This document shows positions 24,009 to 32,202 of a DNA stretch of 38,050 nucleotides, piece by piece (position 1 is the first letter of the stretch; each line of letters begins with the position of its first letter). A model generated the notes under the pieces. The model was not told the DNA's origin, did not search any database, and saw only the letters and a list, made by a program, of their open reading frames with translations. Source of the stretch: a virus; IMG/VR virus record IMGVR_UViG_3300044693_000047, positions 1-38,050 of that record; one strand, 5' to 3'. Made by a program: the position numbers and the translations under genes.

Positions 24009-25306
24009 GACGCCATCCAGGAAGAGGAGGAAGGGGCGGAAGTGTTGCCTACTTTGATTTTAGGCCGATCATGAGCCCTATCGTAGCCCATAGCCATGTA
24101 TGCGAAAGCCTTAGCACCATGGCTAGAAGCATCGTGCACCGGGGATTGTCCAGTGCTTCCATCCGTATGTACGGGATAGCGGTAGCGGCTTAGCCGCTCA
24201 ATCAGAGAGCGAGTTCCCACCTCATCGAATACTGCCTTGGGGAACACATTGCGCACTGCCGCATGCTGAGTGTCATCATCCACCGCGTCCACGATATGTA
24301 CCTGGCAGTTCGGGAATAGGCTCTTCAGAACCTCCTCCGCGCTCGTTCCGCTGATGATGTTCCGATTACGGCCATCATGCGGAAGGTAGATATGCCCATA
24401 GGTGTAAGGAAGCTTCATCAGGTCTTCCTGCGCATAGCTGGCCACTGTTCGGTGCGTACCTTCAATGTAATTCAGGATGCGGTACTCATAGCCAACCTGC
24501 TGCCATAGGACGATGGCCATGGCATCCCCCCATCCCAAGTCCCAGGCCATATGAACTGGCTTGATAGCCTCATAAGGGACCTTGCAAATTTGGTTATTGG
24601 CATGCAGCGCCCGGATCTCTTTGCCATAAACCGCGCCTTTGACAGCTAGGCGATAGGCTCCATCCCATATGTGCGGATAGTCATCCGGACGCTTCTCAAG
24701 GTCTTCCAGGCGCTTTCGATTAAGGGTGGCTGGGAAAGCTGGATTGTCCTTCCAGTTGAGTGGGATGATCTTGGCGCGGGCAGGTGGGTTGACCCGAAAG
24801 CGTAAGTCGGTCGCCGAGTTCATAAGCTCGGGATTCCATGTCACCCAAATCTCCGAACCGTCCTCGCGCACCGTGTTGACGATAGCTTCCCAAGCGTTCT
24901 CAATGATGTCCTCCGCCTCATCGCCCCAAAACAGGAGGATGCGCGCCTTGGACTTGATGTTCTTGGGCTTTACATTGACGCCGACAAAGTCATAGGACAC
25001 GCGACGGTCCTTGGTGCGTACGTACTCTTCGCCGATATCGAAATGCTCCGATAGCCAGGGTTCTTCCTGAATCGCCATCTTCACCTCGCTCAGCGAGGAT
25101 TCCTTCAACGAGTTTTGATAGGCACGGCCACACACGATCACGCCTTGCACGCCAGCCTGGGCCCACATCAAAGCTCGAACAGCCGACATCTTGGCGAAAC
25201 TGCGGGTCTTGGCTGAACCTCGTCCACCATAGGCGCCTCGGTAGTCCGCCTCCCCAGTGAACACCGGAATAAGCTTAGGCGGCAGAGCTATTTGGATCGT
25301 GGCCAT
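24005..25306 (-). CDS. terL: terminase large subunit
   Basis: 433 aa. Walker A-type YGGRGSAKT near the N-terminus. ...LLFWGDEAEDI... is Walker B-like. The C-terminal nuclease-type region has conserved acidic residues. It follows the small subunit gene. Confidence 0.9.
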   Translation of the reverse strand: MATIQIALPPKLIPVFTGEADYRGAYGGRGSAKTRSFAKMSAVRALMWAQAGVQGVIVCGRAYQNSLKESSLSEVKMAIQEEPWLSEHFDIGEEYVRTKDRRVSYDFVGVNVKPKNIKSKARILLFWGDEAEDIIENAWEAIVNTVREDGSEIWVTWNPELMNSATDLRFRVNPPARAKIIPLNWKDNPAFPATLNRKRLEDLEKRPDDYPHIWDGAYRLAVKGAVYGKEIRALHANNQICKVPYEAIKPVHMAWDLGWGDAMAIVLWQQVGYEYRILNYIEGTHRTVASYAQEDLMKLPYTYGHIYLPHDGRNRNIISGTSAEEVLKSLFPNCQVHIVDAVDDDTQHAAVRNVFPKAVFDEVGTRSLIERLSRYRYPVHTDGSTGQSPVHDASSHGAKAFAYMAMGYDRAHDRPKIKVGNTSAPSSSSWMAS

Positions 25307-25658
25307 CGAGGGCTACCAGTTCGATCCTGTTGACGGTCCTAATCGGTGCATTAGGGTCGCCGGTATGTTCTACCCGGGCCAGCTTGGGAGCCGCGAACTC
25401 GGCCAGCTTAGCCATGAGGTCCAGAGCTTTACCTGGGTCGGGCTTAAGAACCATGACAGGTTCACCCTGGGCATCGAACTTAGGATTGCCATCCTTGTCG
25501 ATGGCCTGCTTTCCGAGAGCCACCTCTGAGAGCCACTGGGAGACGTTCTGAGCGTTACCTTCCAAAAGGGCTGTCACGGTATTCCGGAAGTCTCGGGTAG
25601 CCTTGTTGGGCGTCCCCTTGGCTCTTCCACCCGTTCTAGACTGACCTTTGGCTCCCAT
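25275..25658 (-). CDS. terS: terminase small subunit (putative)
   Basis: 127 aa immediately upstream of terL and overlapping it. MGAKGQSRTGGRAKGTPNKATRDFRNTV... is a basic HTH-like N-terminus common in small terminases. Confidence 0.6.
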   Translation of the reverse strand: MGAKGQSRTGGRAKGTPNKATRDFRNTVTALLEGNAQNVSQWLSEVALGKQAIDKDGNPKFDAQGEPVMVLKPDPGKALDLMAKLAEFAAPKLARVEHTGDPNAPIRTVNRIELVALDGHDPNSSAA

Positions 25659-25728
25659 GGTCGATATCTGCCTACTTTGGACTGTTGGTAACCCTCAACG
25701 GGAAATGTTGGCCCCAGTTTCAGGAGGG

Positions 25729-25743
25729 GCTAGGCCTGTGCCA
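25729..25743 (-). promoter_or_regulatory. sigma-54-like -24/-12 element (speculative late promoter)
   Basis: The minus strand reads TGGCACaggccTAGC, against the consensus TGGCAC-N5-TTGC. It lies about 70 nt upstream of the terS ATG, with CTGATGC(A) repeats 100-170 bp further upstream. Confidence 0.15.
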
Positions 25744-25922
25744 CTGCGTTAACAATGGCTATTCAATTGGGCGGCCGGTGCTGATCTCCGACATCAATCT
25801 GATCCGTATGGAAGACCAGCGGCCAAGCCAGTCTGCATCAGGGAATTGCATCAGCTGCGGGGCGTCATCTGGCTAAGTAGACGCTTGCCGGCGCATCAGC
25901 CTGCGCATTCACCCAAATCCGA

Positions 25923-26087
25923 TTACTTCAGCCAACCCTTCGGCGCCCGCTCCATGGTCCGCTCATTCTTCGGCTCACTGGTCGGGATCTTGAACTTGCT
26001 GCTCATCGGGCGACTGCCCGAACCAGTGGCCGTGTTCTGCGGTGCGGAAGATCGCTTGTCGCCACCCTTGCCGTATGCCTTCTTCAT
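25923..26087 (-). CDS. small basic protein (54 aa), absent from the ORF track
   Basis: GAGGATAGGTCC precedes ATG 26087. MKKAYGKGGDKRSSAPQNTATGSGSRPMSSKFKIPTSEPKNERTMERAPKGWLK. It is co-oriented with the operon. The plus-strand track ORF 25846..26130 is its antisense shadow. Confidence 0.55.
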   Translation of the reverse strand: MKKAYGKGGDKRSSAPQNTATGSGSRPMSSKFKIPTSEPKNERTMERAPKGWLK

Positions 26088-26143
26088 GGACCTATCCTCG
26101 CGAGATATTGGGTCGAGCGGAATGCTCTAGACAGACTTTACAC

Positions 26144-26181
26144 AAAAAATAACCCCCGCGCATCTCCCGATGATGCAGGGG
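26144..26181 (-). terminator. rho-independent terminator ending the early (replication) module
   Basis: Plus strand: aaaaaataaCCCCgcGCATCtcccgatGATGCaGGGG. The stem is 4 + 5 bp with a small internal loop. On the minus strand it is followed by GTTATTTTTTGTG. Confidence 0.7.
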
Positions 26182-26252
26182 TCGGCTCAAGTTCGGGCAA
26201 AGGGGAGATGCACGAAGGTCCTGAGGCGTGGAGTAAGGATAGCAATGGACGG

Positions 26253-26450
26253 TCATTTGTCAACTGGCGCAGGCGGCAAATCGGGCAAGTAATCCCACGC
26301 CTCCACCGCCTCTTCGTCATACCACCTTCCATGGATGGACCATGCTCTTGCCATGATCGGGCAGTAATATGCGATAGCGATATGGCGCCATGGATTATCC
26401 ACCACCAGATAGGAGCCTTGCGATTTAGGTGGCTGATAGTTCCAGCTCAT
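26253..26450 (-). CDS. DUF551-like small protein (65 aa)
   Basis: ATG 26450 is in an ATGA overlap with the rusA stop. MSWNYQPPKSQGSYLVVDNPWRHIAIAYYCP...GRWYDEE... The Trp-rich pattern resembles phage DUF551 proteins. Confidence 0.55.
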   Translation of the reverse strand: MSWNYQPPKSQGSYLVVDNPWRHIAIAYYCPIMARAWSIHGRWYDEEAVEAWDYLPDLPPAPVDK

Positions 26451-26851
26451 AGCAAGCACCCGAACCTTTGTTCAATCTTCACCTCCGTACGTGGATTGCG
26501 CTTATCTATCTCATGGAAGATGTGTTTCTCTCGCACCTGGCGATCATTCTGATACACGCCCTTCTGCACCAATACGCGCTGCTCGCCTTTGCCCTTATAG
26601 CGGTCCTGCAGGATATCGAGGATCAAGGACTCATCTAGGTCAGGACGCTCATTGGTGTAGTAGATACGCAGCGTAACGATAACGGGTCCAGTGAGCTGCT
26701 GCCTGCATGATGGTGGAATCTGTTTCAAGGCATCGCGTTCATACGCTAACGCTTCCTTGCTCTTGATAAGTGAAGGCTTGCCGCCGATCGTAACGACCTT
26801 GCGAGAATTGGCCTTGCTATAAGGCTGACCGAGGATCGTGAAAGTTATCAT
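26447..26851 (-). CDS. rusA: RusA-family Holliday junction resolvase
   Basis: MITFTILGQPYSKANSRKVV...RPDLDESLILDILQD...GVYQNDRQV... shows the canonical RusA N-terminal G-x-P-x-SK and acidic catalytic motifs. Confidence 0.8.
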   Translation of the reverse strand: MITFTILGQPYSKANSRKVVTIGGKPSLIKSKEALAYERDALKQIPPSCRQQLTGPVIVTLRIYYTNERPDLDESLILDILQDRYKGKGEQRVLVQKGVYQNDRQVREKHIFHEIDKRNPRTEVKIEQRFGCLL

Positions 26852-27051
26852 GGCCGCTTCTCTAACGAGTCAGCGAAGTAGATATCTTGCGCTGTAGTAG
26901 CTTCTTCCCACCTCGATGATGTGGACCAAAAGTAAGAATCCCTTCGCTCCATCATTAATGCTGGGATAGTTTCGAACCAATTCCACGTTCCATTGGAATC
27001 TTTTGCAAGCCAGTTCGCCCATTCCGGTGCGTCTTCCCATGACGGCTTCAT
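26848..27051 (-). CDS. hypothetical Trp-rich protein (67 aa)
   Basis: MKPSWEDAPEWANWLAKDSNGTWNWFETIP... Overlap-coupled on both sides. Visibly AT-richer. Confidence 0.6.
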   Translation of the reverse strand: MKPSWEDAPEWANWLAKDSNGTWNWFETIPALMMERRDSYFWSTSSRWEEATTAQDIYFADSLEKRP

Positions 27052-27563
27052 AGCTTCTCGTTCCGCCTAGCAATGAAAAATTTTAATGCACGCTCAATGC
27101 TTTCACGGGCGCCCCCAGCAAAACATGCAAAATCTTCATAAAAAACTCTTACTTCCTTCGCAGTAGGCATCTCCAATTTCGCGCGCGCGGGCGGGACGTC
27201 CGCTGCTCCATGCATTGGCTTGGCCTGCTCTGCCAATCTGCGTGCATCATCCAGCTTTTGTGCTGAAGTAATTTGCAATGTAATTGATGTGCAGCGTGGA
27301 CATTTGCAGGCTTGTCGATAAACCCATCTCTTGTCCTGTGATCCGTGCATGTGCGGTTCTATCTTCTGAAGTGCAACAGCACCGCCGTCCGCCCTCTCGT
27401 AGCACTCCTGGCAGATAGCTACACGATTCCCGTGATAATGCTGCTGAGAGACAAAAGGAGCTATTCCTCCTAGCGGTGTCTCTGTTGTCGTTGGCGCAGG
27501 CGCATGCATCCACTTCCTGCACGACGGACACTCGACGTAGTTGGCTTTGTTCACGATTGGCAT
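27048..27563 (-). CDS. Cys-rich (zinc-finger-like) protein (171 aa)
   Basis: Has CPSC...CQEC and C-x-C-x2-C pairs (ECPSCRKW..., AICQECYERA, ACKCPRCTS). It sits between dnaB and the resolvase region. Confidence 0.65.
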   Translation of the reverse strand: MPIVNKANYVECPSCRKWMHAPAPTTTETPLGGIAPFVSQQHYHGNRVAICQECYERADGGAVALQKIEPHMHGSQDKRWVYRQACKCPRCTSITLQITSAQKLDDARRLAEQAKPMHGAADVPPARAKLEMPTAKEVRVFYEDFACFAGGARESIERALKFFIARRNEKL

Positions 27564-27566
27564 GAC

Positions 27567-28867
27567 TCACTCCTGGTAGGGATTGGATGATGGTGGCTTA
27601 CGGCCGAAGTTTCCGAAGCCTTGCTGACGTTGTTCAACTTCGACGTAATCGCGTGGAAGGAATCGCATGTGTGCGTAATCAGCATCAAGCGCGATGCTTC
27701 CGGTTTCTCCATTGCGTTGCTTGTCCAGAAGCAACACGAGTTCGTTGCGCTTGTGTTCTTTGGGTCGCCACAGAAACATCACGACATCAGCGTCCTGTTC
27801 GATGGATCCACCGCCGCGAAGTTCTGCGAGCGTAGGACGTTTTCCATCAGCATCACGATTGAGCTGGCTCAGGCATAGCAGCGGGACATTGAGTTCTTTC
27901 GCTAGCCGCTTGAGCGCTCCCGTGACGATCTGGATCGCTTCCGTGGTGGTGGGGGCTTTCGGTAGTGTGATGAGCGTCAGGTAGTCGATCACGATCAATC
28001 CAAGGCCCGATGTTGCATGCACTTGGCGAGCCCGTGCAGAGATCGCCTCGACAGTGAGCGCGGGTGTTTGGTCGATCTGGATTGGCAGTGCGTTGATCTC
28101 TGCGCTTGCTTCGAATAGCCGGCGAAAATCGTCGTTGTTGAGAAGCTTCGGCCGGCGAAGACCTGTTGCATTGACGCATGCTACGTGCGCTTGCACACGG
28201 TCCGTTAGCTGTGTTCCGGTCATCTCCATCGAGAACACGAGCGTATGCACTTTGTGCCGTGCCGCATTGATGGCGATCTGCATCGCCTTGGCAGTCTTGC
28301 CGACGGATGGACGTGCAGCTAGCACGATGAGATCACCAGGCTGCAGACCATCCGTGAGATCGTCCAACTCCGGCAAGCCTGTGGGGATACCAGTGAGTTC
28401 CTGATCTGCATTGACGCGCCGTTGAAGCTCTACCGTGGACTCACGTAGGTACTCGCGAATGTGCTTGACGCTGCCGGCATGTCTCGGTGCACATGCCGCT
28501 AGAAGCCGCTGTGCTTCGACGAGAGCCTCAGGTCCGGATAGCTGGGCGATCTGTCGCCCGGCTGCCTGGATGCGACGTGCTTGCGCCTGTTGCACGACCA
28601 GCTCGGCGTAGGCACGGATGTTGGCTACGCGCCATCCCTCGGAGTTGGCCAGTTCAAGCGCAAACGGTCCTAGCACGCGTGGCTCAAGCTCGGTGATCGT
28701 GACCGCATCGAACGCTGAGTTCGTTCGCGCCAGCTCGCGAATCATCGCGTAGAGCTTCGCAAGACGTCCGTCCGCGAAGTCTTCCGGCACGAGGATGTCA
28801 GCAACACGCCAATAGGCTTCCGCGCTGCACAGACACGCACCCAGCACCGCATGTTCGGCGTTGAGGC

Positions 28868-28871
<4 letters not shown>
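27567..28871 (-). CDS. dnaB: replicative DNA helicase, DnaB family
   Basis: 434 aa. ...GIPTGLPELDDLTDGLQPGDLIVLAARPSVGKTAKAMQIA... (Walker A), ...LIVIDYLTLI... (Walker B), ...SQLNRD... are typical DnaB motifs. Confidence 0.9.
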
Positions 28872-29781
<910 letters not shown>

Positions 29782-29782
<1 letters not shown>

Positions 29783-29988
29783 CAGCGCAGACCCTTCTCG
29801 GCTTCCATCCGGGCAATCTGAGCATCGGAGCGCAGGCTAATAGCGAGCATCTGGCGCCTATGCAGATCGAGGGCCAGCGCCTTATCGCCGGCATCGTAAG
29901 CAGCAATCGCGCGTTGGCTTAGAGACTTGATCGCGGCCTCAAGCGCTTCGTCAGAAGGTGGCCGGAACGGGAGTAGTCGATAGGTCAT
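29782..29988 (-). CDS. hypothetical helical protein (68 aa)
   Basis: AGGGGA RBS before ATG 29988. MTYRLLPFRPPSDEALEAAIKSLSQRAIAAYDAGD... The stop overlaps the next start (TGATG). Confidence 0.65.
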
Positions 29989-30095
29989 GAAAATCCCCTG
30001 ATTTGTGATCCCTGAGAAAGTGGCATCCCCCGGCCGCAGGGTCGGTTTTCGCCGCAGGGATCAGCTACGGCTAGGGGGTGCCAGGTAAAAGGGTA

Positions 30096-30254
30096 TCAGA
30101 CGGTGATATCGACGATGGAGCCCGGGCGGAACTTGGCGTCTTCCATCATCTGTTCGTACTTGCGCTTGGCTAGAGCCTCGCGGATGCGCTCAACCATCTG
30201 CGGATCGGCGGGAACGTAGGGGATTTCGTGGGAATCCGTGGGTGAAGTGTTCAT
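30096..30254 (-). CDS. hypothetical protein (52 aa), absent from the ORF track
   Basis: ATG 30254 is in an ATGA overlap with the HTH gene stop. MNTSPTDSHEIPYVPADPQMVERIREALAKRKYEQMMEDAKFRPGSIVDITV. Confidence 0.55.
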   Translation of the reverse strand: MNTSPTDSHEIPYVPADPQMVERIREALAKRKYEQMMEDAKFRPGSIVDITV

Positions 30255-30478
30255 GCGGCTTTACTCCCGCCAGTAGCCTTGATGGCCCGCAGCTTATTGA
30301 TGCTAAGGGAAGAATCAGCCTCCATCATCGCCTTGATGGTCTTTTCTCCAAGGCTGCGACGGCCGGCTGCCACGCTGTAAAGCGTGTGATAGCTAATTCC
30401 GTAGAACTGAGCAGCCTTTGTCAGGCCGCCACGCTTTTCAATACGGGTCAGCAAATAGGAAAGGGCGTTATCAGACAT
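30251..30478 (-). CDS. Cro/YdaS-like helix-turn-helix DNA-binding protein, first gene of the leftward arm
   Basis: 75 aa. ...GGLTKAAQFYGISYHTLYSVAAGRRSLG... is a clear HTH. It is positioned directly at the divergent promoter region. Confidence 0.75.
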   Translation of the reverse strand: MSDNALSYLLTRIEKRGGLTKAAQFYGISYHTLYSVAAGRRSLGEKTIKAMMEADSSLSINKLRAIKATGGSKAA

Positions 30479-30518
30479 GGCGTTCTCGTGGGTGGCTTTA
30501 GGCGCATCTTACTAACCC

Positions 30519-30569
30519 AAAATATTTTTGCAAGTAGTACTTGACAATGCGTACAACGTGTACGAAAGT
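30519..30569. promoter_or_regulatory. candidate back-to-back early promoters with an operator-like inverted repeat
   Basis: Rightward: TTGACA (30541-46), 17 nt, GAAAGT. Leftward on the minus strand: TTGTCA (30547-42), 17 nt, TATTTT (30524-19). Inverted repeat CGTACA-acg-TGTACG at 30550-30564. Confidence 0.35.
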
Positions 30570-30608
30570 TCGATCCACGCTTGATTCACAACCCACTAAG
30601 GAAACCAG

Positions 30609-30957
30609 ATGGACATCAACTCTCTCACGATTGGGCAGGCTCGCGAATTGGCCGCATTGTTCGGTAATGCCGTAGCCTCGAAGCCTTCGCCTTTCATCGG
30701 CAAATACGTCATCGTGCGCACCTATTCCGCTGGCGTGCATGCCGGTGAGCTAGTGAGCCAGGATGGAGACATCGTGGTGCTCAAGGATTCGCGCCGTTTG
30801 TGGAAATGGAAGGCTAAACAAGGCGTGGCGCTTTCTGGCGTAGCGGTGCATGGCATCCATCGCCACGAAAGCAAAGTAGACGTCATTGTTCCGGAACATA
30901 TGTTGCTCGGAACAATTGAGGTCATTCCCACTTCTGACAACGCGAAGGATTCCATCC

Positions 30958-30968
<11 letters not shown>
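30609..30968 (+). CDS. hypothetical protein (119 aa), first gene of the rightward arm
   Basis: AAGGAA RBS. MDINSLTIGQARELAALFGN...VIVRTYSAGVHAGELVSQDGDIVVLKDSRRLWKWKA... Confidence 0.75.
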
Positions 30969-31263
<295 letters not shown>

Positions 31264-31334
31264 TTGCCAGCCATAGACCTTCGAATGGAGGTCTATCGCG
31301 GGCGATCTGTCTCGAAGCGCAACCGAGAGATACC

Positions 31335-31766
31335 ATGAGCAACGAACACGTACATCCAGCTTTTCAAAGTGCCCTTGAAGCAGTGCAGCGTTCACGCGAG
31401 CCAGTTGATGCATCTTCAGTTGCATACATGGCTCATGCTTCAGCACATGAAGCGACATATGCTGATCCGTCCCAAATAAGCGCAGCGCAGAAGCGCATCC
31501 GCGAGCTTGAATCAGCGAACGCTAACCTTCGCGCACACATCCGTCACCTAAATTCGATCATCGACGACATAGCACCTACTGACTACGCAATGGTTTTGGA
31601 AGGCGACATCGAAGAAACGCCGATCCCGCAGGAGGTGATGATTCCTGCGATGGCCGAGCTAATGCTCGACATTGATGTGCGCCTGAAGCTCGAAAAGATC
31701 GTCGAGCGCAAGTACATGCAGTATGTGAGGCGACTTAACGACGATGCGGACTGGGGAGAAGAGTGA
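31335..31766 (+). CDS. hypothetical coiled-coil protein (143 aa)
   Basis: GAGAGA RBS. MSNEHVHPAFQSALEAVQRS...KRIRELESANANLRAHIRHLNSIIDD... Confidence 0.7.
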   Translation: MSNEHVHPAFQSALEAVQRSREPVDASSVAYMAHASAHEATYADPSQISAAQKRIRELESANANLRAHIRHLNSIIDDIAPTDYAMVLEGDIEETPIPQEVMIPAMAELMLDIDVRLKLEKIVERKYMQYVRRLNDDADWGEE

Positions 31767-31966
31767 TGGATAGCGAACAAAAAATAATTGCTTTGTGGTT
31801 GATAGCGTTTGTGTGCATTGTTGTTGGTGCTCTAGTTCTTATACAAGGCGAAAAGGATAACGAAACACAGTGTTTTATCGATCATGGTGTATTCGTATCA
31901 GGTCCATTCCATGATGATTGTTTCTCTTGGGAGAACCGCCAATTGTTGTGGAGGAAAGCACCATGA
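31766..31966 (+). CDS. small membrane protein (66 aa)
   Basis: ATG 31766 overlaps the upstream stop (TGATG). MDSEQKIIALWLIAFVCIVVGALVLIQGEKDNETQCF... has one TM. Visibly AT-rich. Confidence 0.6.
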   Translation: MDSEQKIIALWLIAFVCIVVGALVLIQGEKDNETQCFIDHGVFVSGPFHDDCFSWENRQLLWRKAP

Positions 31967-32088
31967 TCGCTCTTCAGCGCTATCTCAACCGCATGACCGT
32001 CACGGATCGAGGCGAGCAGATCGCCATATTTGCTGTTGGCGTGATTGTCGGCATTGGCCTTTGCATCTGCCTACTGCTAATCCCATGA
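31963..32088 (+). CDS. tiny membrane protein (41 aa), absent from the ORF track
   Basis: GGAGGAAAGCACC precedes ATG 31963, in an ATGA overlap. MIALQRYLNRMTVTDRGEQIAIFAVGVIVGIGLCICLLLIP. Confidence 0.5.
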   Translation: MIALQRYLNRMTVTDRGEQIAIFAVGVIVGIGLCICLLLIP

Positions 32089-32189
32089 ACGCGAAGCCGC
32101 CGAGCAGTTGGCCGTTCTGGCGCTTCATGCTTGGCTTTGCGCTGTGCGATCTAGCCTTCGCCATGCTGCTGCATTGGCTCAACACTTAA
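32085..32189 (+). CDS. tiny membrane protein (34 aa)
   Basis: ATG 32085 is in an ATGA overlap. MNAKPPSSWPFWRFMLGFALCDLAFAMLLHWLNT. The longer track ORF 31884..32189 overlaps the two preceding genes. Confidence 0.45.
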   Translation: MNAKPPSSWPFWRFMLGFALCDLAFAMLLHWLNT

Positions 32190-32202
32190 TCAAGGAACTC
32201 AC

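Noticed and set aside
25685-26130. Plus-strand track ORFs 25685..25876 and 25846..26130 in the terS-upstream region.
   Set aside because: They run opposite to the whole leftward arm and have TTG starts or no RBS. The second is exactly antisense to a minus-strand 54-aa ORF with a good RBS, and the first lies in what I interpret as a regulatory leader.
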